Below are positions 11,370 through 24,534 of a stretch of 51,929 nt of DNA, piece after piece. The position numbers were made by a program, and so were the translations under genes. Origin of the DNA: Octopus bimaculoides (lineage: Eukaryota). The stretch's first letter is position 1. Each line of letters starts with the position of its first letter. Below the pieces are notes generated by a model, which had not been told where the DNA came from, did no database searches, and saw only the letters and a program-made list of their open reading frames with translations. The stretch covers positions 69,391,061 to 69,442,989 of the forward strand of contig NC_068988.1 in assembly GCF_001194135.2 (NCBI RefSeq), given 5' to 3'.

Positions 11370-11770
11370 CCCCATTATCATCATCATTTCTGTATGTTTT
11401 CCATGCATGGGTTGGACAGCTTGTTTGACCAGAGCTGGCAAACCAGCGAGTTGCACCAGGTTCCAGTCTGATTGCTGGATACCCTTCCTAACATCAACTA
11501 CTTTACAGTGTGTAATGGGTGCTTTAAATGTGGCACCAGCATGAGCACTTTCAGGTGGCACCAGCCGGAGCACTTTTACGTGGCACCAGCTTTTTATGTT
11601 GCACTGGTAGAGGACTCCTGCAGGCCAATCCAGTTGACCAGGAAGAGCAGTTTTAACACCTCTGCTGTGGTGTAAAGGTCTTTAACAGAAGTGTTAAGGC
11701 CACTCTCCTGGGGAATAGGATTGGGCTGCAAGAGTCATATGCTGGTGCCATTTAAAAGCACTCGTGTGGT
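11370..11770 (-). mobile_element. SINE family C copy with internal short tandem motif
   Basis: catcatcatttctgtatgttttccatgcatgggttggacag...gctggatacccttcctaac, followed by repeated gtggcaccagc. Confidence 0.7.
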
Positions 11771-12324
11771 GCCACACATACAAACACACAAACACAAACA
11801 CACACACACACACACACAGTGATTTACAAATGCACACTCACCTCCCTACAGATTTACAAATGCATGCATGTACACACATCCCACACTCATATTCACAAAC
11901 AAATAGGGAACATTAAAAGGATAAATACAAAAAAAAATATGAGAGGTGATCTTCAAATCTAATATGAAATAGACCGGAATAAAGAAACAAAGGTATATTA
12001 ATGGTATGTGATGTTCCAGTAGGGAACAGTCAACTGGAAACGTTCAAGAAAGCACAGATTCAGAATTACACAGTTAAGTATAAACACCTTATTTCAATTG
12101 TGTTCTCCAGTTTTTCAGGAATGGGTCATAAGCTTGGGTCATGCATGATGCTCTTACACATGGCTCAGCAAATTAACAAGAGTGCACCACCTCCCTCTCA
12201 TCTCTCACCATCCTTTTCAAGTAAAACTTCAGAAACATTAAGGAGAGCTTGGCTAAAGAGGAATGTGGTCATTATTCACTTTGTCTTTTTTCAATCATGT
12301 CTACTCTAAAACATTTTTCTTTAC

Positions 12325-12962
12325 AGGTGTGGCTGTGTGGTAAGATGCTTGCTTGCCATCCATATGGTTCTGGGTTCAGTCCCACTGCATGGTAGCTTTG
12401 GCAAGTGTCTTCTACTATAGCCTCAGGCCAACCAAAGCCTTGTGAGTGGATTTGGTAGACAGAAACTGAAAGAAGTCTGTCATATGTATATATATATATG
12501 AATATATATATATATATATATGAATATANNNNNNNNNNNNNNNNNNNNNNNNNNNNNNNNNNNNNNNNNNNNNNNNNNNNNNNNNNNNNNNNNNNNNNNN
12601 NNNNNNNNNNNNNNNNNNNNNNNNNNNNNNNNNNNNNNNNNNNNNNNNNNNNNNNNNNNNNNNNNNNNNNNNNNNNNNNNNNNNNNNNNNNNNNNNNNNN
12701 NNNNNNNGAGATAGATAGATAGATAGATGCGTGCGTGTGTGTGTGTTGTGTCTGTGTTTGTCCCCCCCCCCCGCCATCACCACTTAACAACCAGTATTGG
12801 TATGTCTATATCCCCATAACTTAGGGGTTCGACAACATGACCGATAGAATAAGTACCCTGTTTTAAAAAATGTTCTGGGATCGATTTATTCAACTAAAAT
12901 CCTTCAAGGTAGTACTCCAGCATGGCTGTAGTCAAATGACTGAAACAAGTAAAGTAAAAGAA
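12325..12962 (+). mobile_element. tRNA-derived CORE-like SINE family A with internal microsatellite and gap
   Basis: Head gtggctgtgtggtaag...ggttcagtccc, then ttgggcaagtgtcttctactatagcc, and tail gtcaaatgactgaaacaagtaaa. Confidence 0.9.
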
Positions 12963-14074
12963 AATAATAAACACCAGACACAAAAAAATTGCATGTTCTT
13001 CCTGGCTAAAGAGCAATCTTCATGAGAGACGATCATAGATTATCATCAATTATACAAACACACATACACACAGAGATTCACAAATACACACGCACAGAGA
13101 TTTACAAATGCATACACACATCCATATAGATTCACATCGACACATATCCCACACTCTATATTCACAAATATATGCACATACTCACACACAATTCACATTG
13201 CATGTACATATGCATATACATGCATAAATGCAAGCATACACACTCACATGCAAATTCCCAAATATCCTGTGGCAGGTGAAGTGACACACCTGTCAATGTA
13301 CACTGACATCATATCAACATTATCTTCTGTAAGTGTGTGCATGTATATAATACACGCACACATACACAAATACTCAATCTCTCTCTCTCTTCCTCTCTCT
13401 AAAACAGACTCCGTTAAAAAGAGAAAGAAAATGAAGAGAGCATGCATGTGCACACACAAACACACACACAAATAAATGTACTTTCACACACACACATAAT
13501 GCCAAATATATGTACAAACACATTCAGAAATACACAGGCACATATTCACAAATATTTACACACTTACATACTTAAGAAGAGTCAGTCACAAATAAACACA
13601 CAAATATTTACAGTTACTCATACACTTTCACAAACAAGCACTCACCTTTATAATACACACATTTACGCACATTTACACACATACTGACAAAGACACATAG
13701 ACACGTGTTTGTATGTGTGTGCAAAATTTCCTGATTTCCAACAAGCGAGAGTTGACAGAATTAAAGGGAGATTACAACAAAAGTATTTTAAGTGTCCACA
13801 TTTCTGTCACAAAAAGCTTTCAGCTTTTGTTTTCTTTTTCTCTAATTATTTTAGACAGAATCAAATATTCACATGTTTGGCTTTGTTTAACAGTCATATT
13901 ATTTTTTTGACAATTTCCTTTTTGTTTCTTTTTTCGCTATGTATTAATGCTTTTTATGTGACAGTGACAGAAAGATCTTCAACCAATTGTTACAGGATAT
14001 TTAAGTTCTGGGTTTCTTTTAAATGTTATTGTCTTGTTCAAATCCTGTTAATAACATGGATAAGCCAGCAACAA

Positions 14075-14345
14075 CATGCTGAGGCTACCTGTAGTGGCGA
14101 ACCCTGCTGTACTCTTTCACCACAACTTTCTCTCACTCTTACTTCCTATTTCTGTTGTGCCTGTAATTCAAAGGGTCAGCCTTGTCACACTGTGTCACAC
14201 TGAATATCCCCGAGAACTATGTTAGGGGTACATGTGTCTGTGGAGTGCTCAACCACTTGCATGTTAATTTCACGAGCAGGCTGTTCTGTTGATCGGATCA
14301 ACTGGAACCCTTGACATCGTAAGCGACGGAGTGCCAACAAAAAAA
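14075..14345 (+). mobile_element. SINE family B, 5'-truncated
   Basis: gtggagtgctcaaccacttgcatgttaatttcacgagcaggctgttc...gagtgccaac, shared with the copy at 42090-42480. Confidence 0.85.
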
Positions 14346-14353
14346 AAAATTAT

Positions 14354-14692
14354 AGTCATTAGACTACAGCCATGCTGGGGCACTGCCTTGAATTTTTAGT
14401 CAAATGAATCAACTCCAGCACTTATTTTTTAAGCCTGTTACTTATTCTGTCAGTCTCTTTTACCCTAAATTATGGGGACATAAACACACCAACACTTGTT
14501 ATCAAGTGGTGATGAGGGGACAAACACAGACACACACACACATAGATATATATACATATATATATATATATGATGGGCTTCTTCCAGTTTCCGTCTACGA
14601 AATCCACTTACAAGGCTTTGGTCAGCCAGTGGTTATAGTAGAAGACACTTGCCCATGGTGCCAAGCAGTGGAACTGAACCCAGAATCATGTC
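14354..14692 (-). mobile_element. SINE family A copy
   Basis: Reverse complement of the family A tail, central microsatellite and head. Confidence 0.8.
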
Positions 14693-14937
14693 CTTGGATG
14701 TATTAGTAACTATTAATGAGAAGTTGTGATATTCAGGGTATCTCTGAAAAGAGATATGATTGTGAATTAAGAAAGAACACGCAATTTTAATTCAAGGTTA
14801 GTAAGAATTTTTTTCAAGGTACATGATTTCAAAAGCATAGGACAGTATAAATATCAGCTTATAATGTTACCAATTTTCTAAAGGAATTTAACATCTTTGT
14901 TAAAAGTAAAATTCTTAATTTCTAATAAATGATTAAA

Positions 14938-15152
14938 ACAGCGAGTTGGCAAAATCATTACCACACTGGGAAAAATGCTTAGCAGCATTTCATCCATCTT
15001 TACATTCTGAGATCAAATTCCACCAAGGTTGATTTTGCCTTTCATCCTTTCAGGGTCAATAAAATAAGTACTAGTTGAGTGCTGGAGTCGATGTAATTGA
15101 CTTACCCGTTCCCCTGAAATTGCTGGCCTTGTGCCAAAATCTGAAACCAATA
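14938..15152 (+). mobile_element. SINE family D copy
   Basis: gcgagttggcaaaatc...cctttcatcctttcagggtcaataaaataagtac...ggccttgtgccaaaatctgaaacc. Confidence 0.85.
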
Positions 15153-17039
15153 TCTAATATATGATTGCAAACCTGTGGGTAAATACATGTGTTAATGTAA
15201 TTGGATGTATATATATGTGCAGGAACATGCTTGCACATGCATGTGTATGTGTGCATGTGTGCATGTGCGTGTGATGTCTTAAAGACAAATGTATGTTCTT
15301 ATGAATTTATTTACATGCTGGTGGTAATATCTGTGTGGCTGCTTGTAATAATTACAATAGCTTCTTATCACATGACCCTAACAGGTGAAACATAGCATAT
15401 CTCACTCATACTCTTCAAGGGATGGTGAGTCATCACACGTATTACTTATACTCTTCCTTGAGGTAACATTCTGATTGAGTGTACTCATTAATAAGCTGCT
15501 TCAAAAAATAAAGATGTTGGAAGAAAAGAAAGAACAAGGAAACAGTGATTTCAAACAAAAATACCCAGTGGTATTAATTGTGTCTGAGCCATACAAACAC
15601 TCCCTTGGCATCCTTTCCATCATAAATTCTCGTGATCCAGTGATTGCTAATTGAAACTCTGGCTAATTGCAGAAAGAATATTTACAACCATATTTTAATG
15701 CTTAATTTGCACTTATTTTAATGCTTAACTTGCACTTATCTTAAACATAAGATATAATGATTTAGAACAGATAGCACATACAACATATCCTATCTGATAT
15801 TCTCACAATGTCAGCAATCCGTTACCCTGGACTGATACTTCATTTTATCAATCTTGAAAGGAGGAACCACAAAGTTACCCTATATGAGATTTGGAACAAA
15901 TTCTTCATTGCATTTTATTCTGCCAAATGACGACCTGTTATTAGTATTTGTCAAGCCTATATATCAAACAGGAGAGAGGAGGGAAGAGCAAATTCAATAA
16001 CAGTTGCATCAGATCTTAGAATGTAGGACAGAAGAATCAGTAGATCATCGAACAGAAAACCTTGTGATATATAATTGTATATATATATATCTCGTTTGAA
16101 ATCCTGCTTTGAGTTTCATCATCCTGAGGTCAGTCAAAAAAAAGTACCAGCTATTTGCTGCAAGAGTGATTTAACTAAATATATTTATGAAGTTTATATA
16201 TTTGTAAGAAATTGATATTATCATAATTTACATAAAATGTCTTCACTCTAATTTTTCCTTTTAATGGCTCTGCATGAATATATGCATGCGTGTGTCTGCA
16301 TGTATATAAGAATTTATGCAAGTATAAGTGTGTAAAGGCAGATGTATGTGTATATGCACAAATGTAAGTTGTTTATGTCTATACAAATATATTGTATGAA
16401 TGCACATGGATACATGTGCACATGTGACCATAGCTGGGGGCATATTTGTAAAAGTATTTGATTGTAAGTCTGTGGGTATATACATGTATTAATGTACATT
16501 GATGTATATATGTATATGAACATGTTTGCACATGCATGTGTATGCATGTAATGTATTAAGTATAAATGTATGTCTGTGTGTATGTATGTGCATGCATGTG
16601 TGTATATGTGCCAATATGTATGCATGTGTGTGTGTTGTTTTAAACACTTCCTTTCTTCTTTCTTAAATTTTTCCATCATAATATCTTGGCAGTGATGACA
16701 CATAACAACAAGTGTGAAAGTTCTAATGTCTTTTTTTTATGGCTATGCTTTATGGTTTACCATAATTTTGATGGGATTAAATCAACAAAGATGCTTAAAA
16801 AATTCCCGCAGTGATCAAGTATTTTCATTTATTTCTACTAATCCAAGATGTAGACTTAATCTAATCTACATTCAGTTTACATTTAATCTTTCAGAAAACA
16901 CATTTTATCTTTTATCCCCATTTTATTTTTTAAGCTTTTGTTGTTTTACATAATCTTTTAACCTTTCAGAAAACTGAAAAATAGAATTGCAGATATTTTA
17001 CTTGCCTAAATAATGATTTTCATAATCAGCAACATAATG

Positions 17040-17575
17040 TGGGCAAGCAGCTGAAGTTCCCAGAATCAGTTGTCAAAATCACTAAGACTGGATGTGCTAC
17101 TGATTTCAGAAGCATCCAAGCAGGTGGTTCTGTTGGAGCTCTCAATTCCCTGAGAGGACCTCATTGAGGAAGCTAACAAGAGCAAGAGGAAGAAATATGC
17201 TGAGTCATTGAAGTTATATGTCAAAGCAATGGCTAGCAAGAAAAGTTTGATCTCATCGAGGTGGGAGAGATTTTGCAGGCCTGACCTTCAACAGAGTTTA
17301 TAGCATGCTTAGCATTACAGGGACCAAAGGCAGAAGGCATCAGGTCGACTGTAGAGGCAGGAGACTCTACTGCTTGAAGGTGGCTATGGATCAGGCAGTG
17401 CAATCCCTGGAAAAGGCATTGTTACTAAGGAGTAATGCTAACTGAACTCATGCTGGGGCTTGATCAACCCTGGATGGGTCATCTGGGTGAGAGTGTCTGA
17501 TGTTGAAAGACCAGCAACACCTAACTACCCTGGGAAACATCACTGATAAAGTGTCCCAGTACGTCCCAGCATGGT
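17040..17575 (+). mobile_element. Hero-like non-LTR retrotransposon 3' end (restriction-like endonuclease domain plus 3' UTR), pseudogenised
   Basis: GKQLKFPES..SLRLDVLLISEASKQVVLLELSIP*ED..EEA..KRKKYAE..IEVG..RWLWIR matches the R(P)D...E RLE motif; contains stops and frameshifts. Confidence 0.85.
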
Positions 17576-17749
17576 GTATGGGAAAAGAGCTTACCATCGA
17601 TTTTAACCAACCTATATACTTGCCAAATAGCTGCCCACTTCCATAAATATGAAATACCTTCATGTTTGCCATTCCTGCCGACCAGATGACTATTGAGTGC
17701 CTTGTTCAGTCTGCATACCCCATACATGCTATGCTACACCACTGTCCCT

Positions 17750-18392
17750 AATATTTGTTTCAAATTTTGGCACAAGGCCAGGAATTTGGGGGAGGGTGAA
17801 AGTCAATTACATCAACTCCAGTGTTTAACTGGTACTTATTTTATTGACCTCAAAAGGATGAAAGGTAAAGTCAACCTCGGTGGAATTTGAACTCAAAACA
17901 TAAAGACAGACGAAATGTTGCTAAGCATTTTGCCTGCCATATTAATGATTCCCTCAGCTTACTACCTTCACTTTCTCTAATATTGGTTTCAACTTTTGGC
18001 ACAAGGCCAGCAATTTAAGGGGAGAGGCTAAGTCAGTTACATCAACCCCAGTGCTCAACTGGTACTTATTTTATTGACCCCGAAAGGATGAAAGGTANNN
18101 NNNNNNNTAAGCATTTTGCCTGCCATATTAATGATTCCCTCAGCTTACTACCTTCACTTTCTCTAATATTGGTTTCAACTTTTGGCACAAGGCCAGCAAT
18201 TTAAGGGGAGAGGCTAAGTCAGTTACATCAACCCCAGTGCTCAACTGGTACTTATTTTATTGACCCCGAAAGGATGAAAGGTAAAGTCAACTTCAGTGGA
18301 ATTTGAACTCAGAACTTAAAGACAGATGAAATGTAGCTAAGCATTTTGCCTGGCATGCTCACGATTCTGCCAGCTCGCCACCTTCATTGTCT
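17750..18392 (-). mobile_element. Head-to-tail SINE family D copies, one segment duplicated across a 10-N gap
   Basis: Two diverged units. 17922-18097 is identical to 18108-18283 on either side of the gap. Confidence 0.85.
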
Positions 18393-18879
18393 CTAATATT
18401 AACCACTAAAATATGAACCTGAAAAACTGAAAATGAATGAACCTATTTTGTCAGCAATGTAAACTCATGCAAGTAGTTATTTACCTTACAATAATGTTTG
18501 TGCTTATGGCTGAGTTGTTGAACATATAATTGTGGTTAATAATTCAGAGTCATGTCCATATGATTCTTTGTTACTCATGAAAATATCAAGGAAATTATCA
18601 ATGTGGTTTGATTGGCATGTCAGAGTTAATATACTTAAAGCATGAAGTTAACAAGACACACGTTGGTGAGGCAGGTTGATAGCTACATAGCTGGGTAGAT
18701 AGCCAGTCACACAGAGAGATAGGTTAATAAACAGATAGATTCATAGGTAGGTAGATAAGTAGATAAATTGACTGATTGTTTTATTAAGAACTAGTGAGAG
18801 ATAGAGAGACAAGCAGACAGATGGATCAATCAACAAACAGACAGGCAGGAAAGCAGACAGACAGATACACTGGTACTTC

Positions 18880-19178
18880 ATTGGTTATAACAAGTGTTTC
18901 AATTGATCCAGTCAATGGAACAGCCAGCTTATGAAATTAATATGGAAATTATTGAGTACCCAGCAAACACACGTATTCTTAATGTAGTTCTCAATGAGAT
19001 TCAGCATGATATAGAATGTGACAAGGTTGGCCCCATGAGGTACAAGAACAACTCATTTTTGTCAGCTGAGTGAACTGGAGCAATGTGAAATAAAGTGTGC
19101 TGCTCAAAGACACAAAGTGCCACTGGGAATCGAACTTATGAGCCAAATACCCCTTATCACTAAGCCATGCACCTTCAC
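18880..19178 (-). mobile_element. SINE family B-related copy with CORE-like segment
   Basis: gatccagtcaatggaacagcc...cagctgagtgaactggagcaatgtgaaataaagtgtgctgctcaaagacac...gggaatcgaac. Confidence 0.75.
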
Positions 19179-19509
19179 TGGCAGAGACACAGACAGACAG
19201 ATGGAGAAAGGATGGAGGGATGGATAGATGGAGGGATGGATAGATGGATGGATGTACTGATGGACAGAGGGATGGACAAACTGACGGATAAATGGATGGA
19301 TGGTTAGATGGATAGATGTTTCGGTAGATATACAGAGCAATAGACAGATAAACAGAAACAGCTGCCAAATCCCATCTCAAACTACATCTTACTGTTTTAC
19401 AATATTGCTTGACTAAAGCATACTCAAGGCAAAGTTCTCACATCTAAGCTCCCTGTAGAATTTACAAAGCTTAATACAACTTGGGTTAAGACAGTTTGTC
19501 ATTTCCGGG

Positions 19510-20030
19510 ATTTTGTTTAGCAACTACAACAAGAGTATCAACAGCTTCTGTTGGAACAATCATATGAAGTGAAATAGCAACAAGTTCTCTTGGACCAATC
19601 ACAATAACAACAATAGCAACAACAACAACAACAGCAACAACAACTTTTGCAGGGTAAATCATAACATGCTCTGTTGGAGTAATTACAACAGCAACAATAA
19701 CAACAAATACTTTTGTTGGGACAATGACAACAACAGAAATAGCAACAACTGTTGGGACAATGACAACAACAGAAATAGCAACAACTGTTGGGGCAATGAC
19801 AACAACAGAAATAGCAACAACTGTTGGGGNNNNNNNNNNTGACAACAACAGAAATAGCAACAACTGTTGGGGCAATGACAACAACAGAAATAGCAACAAC
19901 TGTTGGGGCAATCACAAAAACAACAGCAAAAACTTCTATTTGGGGCAATCACAAAAGCAACAATAGCAACAAACAGCTTTTGTTGGGGCAATCACTATAA
20001 CAACTTCAATGACAACAACAAGAACAACTG
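19510..20030. repeat. Degenerate (ACA)n-derived minisatellite with a 36-bp higher-order unit
   Basis: Unit acaatgacaacaacagaaatagcaacaactgttggg repeated about 5-6 times at 19720-19915; 10-N gap inside. Confidence 0.9.
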
Positions 20031-20769
20031 CAATTGATGATGGGTGATAATGATGATGTCTGATTTGTGGTGATAGCATCATCATCATCATCATCATCAT
20101 CATCACCGCTACTGCCACCACCATCATCATTGTCATCATCATTCTCACAACCTTTATTATCCTCATCTTTATCATGAAAGTTATCAACATCATGATCAAC
20201 ATCACATAAACTTTAAAAACATATGTCAAGAAATACAAAAATAAAAGAAACAAATTACAGAAAAAAATAATTCATAAAAATTCTAAAAAAAAAAACAAAA
20301 AAAAACAGTAAAATAAAATGAAATAGAAATAAAAATAAATACTGACTCAAAAATGATAAAGATAAATATCAGAAAATGGTAAGTGAAACATTCTGTGTAA
20401 CTGATAGAATGATATGATGTGAATATAGAACTGATAGCTATTATTGTTGTTTATATCGATTCTGCTTCTTCACCTCTGCCTTCACTCATTCTTTCTTTCT
20501 TTCTTTTCTTTGTTTGTCTTGCCAGTTCCAGAGATAAGAAGATGTTTTCTTCTATTTACAATGCAGATTATCTTCCTTGCCTACACTGCTATACACTTCC
20601 ATAGACTTTTCTTACAAAGCAGTCAAGAAAGATGATATAGAGTAGGGTGGTGTGAGGCGCCCAATCAATCGATCGATCAAGCGATCAATCAATCAGTGGT
20701 GTGCCTCATATTTAAAATTGTCGATTGAGATTAAATCAGAATAACTCGAACTATAACAGCCTGTACCCA

Positions 20770-20844
20770 ACATCAATATGATGATGATGGTGATAATGAT
20801 GATGACATTGAGGATAGCAATGATGACACTGACAAAGATGATAT

Positions 20845-20877
<33 letters not shown>

Positions 20878-20993
20878 CGATGACGACGACGACGATGATG
20901 ATGATGATAACAATTATGATGACGATACTGATATTGAATACTTCTCTCACTCATTCCTCCCAACTCTTTAATGATAATGATGATTGATGATAA

Positions 20994-21040
<47 letters not shown>

Positions 21041-21300
21041 GATGACGACGACGATGACAACAATGAAAATGATGATAAGGATGACAATGAAATGTATGAT
21101 GCTGATGGTTATGGTGTTAAAGATAATGCTGAAAATGATGATAGTGCTGTTGAGGATGATGACAACAATGTTAATGATGAAAATAATAATGATGCTGATG
21201 ATGACAATGATGAGGACGACAACGACGACGACGACGATGATGATGATGATGATGATGATGGATTTCCTCACTCACCCCTCCCACTTCATCATTGAAAGAA
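20770..21300. repeat. Degenerate (GAT/GAC)n tracts in two ~320-bp units
   Basis: Both tracts end in a similar pyrimidine spacer (ctcactca..cctccca) at about 20945 and 21266. Confidence 0.8.
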
Positions 21301-21467
21301 CATGTCAAACCTCAAACACATAACATTATCTTGCACAGCCAGAACAAAGTTGATGTCAAAATTTATAATCTTAAATAAGACACTTCGTACAAATATCTGG
21401 AAAACAATCTGTTATTGGCTTAATGCATTTTCATTTTCATTTTGTATGGCTTATAGATATTATATAA

Positions 21468-21505
<38 letters not shown>

Positions 21506-21515
21506 NNNNNNNNNN

Positions 21516-21551
<36 letters not shown>

Positions 21552-21554
<3 letters not shown>

Positions 21555-21630
21555 GGTGTCCCAAATAGTGTGCATACACAATTTTAGAGCTGATAATGCA
21601 CTTAATTTTGATTTCTATATTGATTTAACC
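21552..21630 (+). mobile_element. Solo Tc1/mariner-type terminal repeat
   Basis: TA|CAGGGTGTCCCAAA. Partner TIR not found. Confidence 0.55.
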
Positions 21631-21631
21631 C

Positions 21632-21667
<36 letters not shown>

Positions 21668-22199
21668 TGTATTATGTATGTATATATGTATGTATGTATG
21701 TATATATGTATGTATGTATGTATATACATATGCACACAGTTGTATTATCTAGCCATATAAACATCTGTGATGTATAAAAATGTTCAGATAAACCAAATTT
21801 TCATTCTTCCTTGCTTTAATTATAGTGTCATCTTGTTTCATTTCAACTAAATGCATGGATCTAGTAAAGTTAACATTAAATGCTATTTATCTAAATTAAT
21901 TCTTTCCATTAAAATGTGCTGCAGTAGCTTTCTTCCATACTATCATAAATATGGATACTTTATTTTGCTAGTTGTTTGCTTGTGTGGTTCATTTTCATTT
22001 TAGGGGTTAAATTTTTGTTTCAGTTGTTCTCATTTCTAGTTTAATTTTTAGCAAGTTTTCTTATAGTTTACTGAATATTTTATCTGGCCCTCTCTAACCA
22101 TGCTGCTTGGTCATTTGCAGAGCAGCCATGCTGCTTATGACTATAATTCTGCCAAGAAAAACCTTATCAAGGTTATTACGATATTGAACTTCATATTTG

Positions 22200-23007
22200 A
22201 TTTTTTAATTTAACAGCAGACTTAATAAGAGTGACAAGAGACATGTACTGAATGGGCAATCCAATGGAATTAGTGAAACACATACAATACTTCATCTGCC
22301 ACATGCTGTTTTCTGGGTACGACCAAAGTGAGAGGATCAGAGTGTACAAAGAAGGGAAGGAAAAATGCCAGATCATCATAGAGAATGACACTAATGGGAC
22401 CTGCCTGCTATGTAGGAGTAAATCCTTGAATAGCATAAAAGAATTAGGAAGAAGATAGGTAAGGCCAACTCATGATATAACAACCAAAAATGCAAGAGTG
22501 CCATGTTCGACATGGCTACCCTTTGAGGTGCTTGCATATCCTTTTGGGAAAACCTTAGATAAGATGAGTCTATGACTTACAGTAGTAGAAAGTCCAGGGA
22601 ACTGCATAAAATCCCTGGTCTGCAGAACATACCTGTTTGAAAGAAATCCCTGTATGAACAGGAACTGTATAGTGTGTAGAATAAACTCACAGATAAATTG
22701 TAAAACTAGGAATGCAGTCTATAGTACAAGGTGTACTTAGGGAAAGTGCAGAAACAGTACAATGACATATATTGGAGAGACAACACATAGCATAGGTGAG
22801 CAGGTAAGTGAACACTGGCTGGAGCTCAAAGTGGAGAAAATCTTGTCAGTGATCTGCAAATATGCTCAATGAGAACATGGTAGCTCAGTTGATAACACAG
22901 ATGTTAGGAACTTACTAACACATAGAACAGACCCAGAACTCAGACAGATTATGGAGGCCACACACATAATAGAAGATAGACTAAACCGCAACAGTAAACA
23001 TGAATAA
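22200..23007 (+). mobile_element. Penelope-like element relic: RT thumb, linker and GIY-YIG endonuclease
   Basis: FSGYDQSERIRVY...TVVESPG..IKSLV...CIVC...C..NAVY...C...YIGET..S..EQVSEH...DPELRQIMEA...NSKHE; several in-frame stops. Confidence 0.85.
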
Positions 23008-23837
23008 AGTAAAAACACTTCCCCCCCCCACTCCACAACACTACACAAACCTGACAACTAAAGACAGAATAAGGAAAAATAAATAAACAACAGAGGTACT
23101 ATCAGTATAATATACAAACTTTTATACATACACACAAGACACACATACACATATTAAAGACAGAATGAGAAAATAAAGAAAGAAAAAAGAAAAAGACATG
23201 AGTACAAAAAACAATGTAATATACAAACCCATATACATGAGCACAGGAGACACATGATAAACATATGGACACTCACACACATGCACATAAACACATACAC
23301 AGATAGAGATACACACCACAGAAAGACAAAATGGAATAGGCAGGACAAGAGGAAACACATGGGACAGAGTTGTTGAAGAGATCACAGAATGTGTGAGGCC
23401 AGAACTTTGACAAACGACAAAACTAAGAAAAATGATATTAATAAAACTAAAGTGAAGATCAAATAAATAGTGTGCATGTTTAAGTGGCAAAAAATGACCC
23501 TACCCAAGTATAGCAATATCTTGTTTCAACACACATTTTCACATCCACAATCTTACAAAAGAAATACATAAACATATATCTACATGCATACACACACATG
23601 TGCACGTGTGTGTGCGTGTGTGCTTATTTGTGTTGCCAGATACTTGAGGTGAAATGTATATATACATATTTATACATATATATATAAATTACATGCATGT
23701 ATATATATACACACACACACATATGTATGTATGTATATATATTAGTAGAACATACAGAAGAAGCAGAAATTGATACATGTGTTTCAAAAGTTTAATAACA
23801 TTATGTCTCTTCCATTTCAAAGTAATATGTATATGAT

Positions 23838-23885
<48 letters not shown>

Positions 23886-24497
23886 CACTTTCACATACAC
23901 AATAGCATACACAGACACTCACACTCACATATACATATGCTTGCATGAAAATGGATGTACGTATGTACGTGTGTGTGTGTGTGTGCGTGCACATGCATGT
24001 GTGTGTGTTATTTGTCACTCTTATTTCTAGATTGTATATGCAACTATTTTGGTTGCTGGCATCTTAGCCTCTTAACTTAGAGGTCAGGCTATCTTCAATA
24101 TTCTTTAATTCGATTTCATACCTTATAATTCCAGTCTGAACTTAAATAGTTTACCATGAACCTTGCTCTATTTGAGATTTTATTCTTCAGATTTCACATC
24201 ATTTGGCAGTCAAGCATTAAGCTTGGCTTTGCAAAGATCAGTCTATTTAAATACTAATGGGTTTGTTTGGAAACCACAAACCTACATTCACCTAAGTTTA
24301 AAACACTCTTTTCGCTCTTCTTAACCCTTAATTCCTCCCTCTTGGAAATGGATGTATATTTAGCATTCAGACTAAATAGAATCATGAGTTGTGCTAAGGA
24401 TAAAAACAGGATTAGCTGTATAAACTTGTCAGTAATGTACGTACTTATGAATGTGTGTGCTCATATATACCTACAAACACATACATATATACATGCA

Positions 24498-24533
<36 letters not shown>

Positions 24534-24534
24534 T

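Noticed and set aside
17922-18283. Perfect 176-bp tandem duplication
   Set aside because: The copies are identical and separated by a 10-N placeholder gap; most likely an unmerged contig overlap.
19486-19991. Mucin or membrane-protein ORFs on either strand
   Set aside because: Produced by triplet repeats; the plus-strand Thr-rich frame has stops at 19565 and 19655.
20984-21295. Aspein-like acidic biomineralisation gene
   Set aside because: No signal peptide or splice evidence; explained by (GAT)n decay. Kept only as a low-interest finding.
23575-23625. Short (CA)n-(TG)n palindromes here and elsewhere
   Set aside because: Expected by chance from adjacent complementary microsatellites; no unique sequence in the arms.
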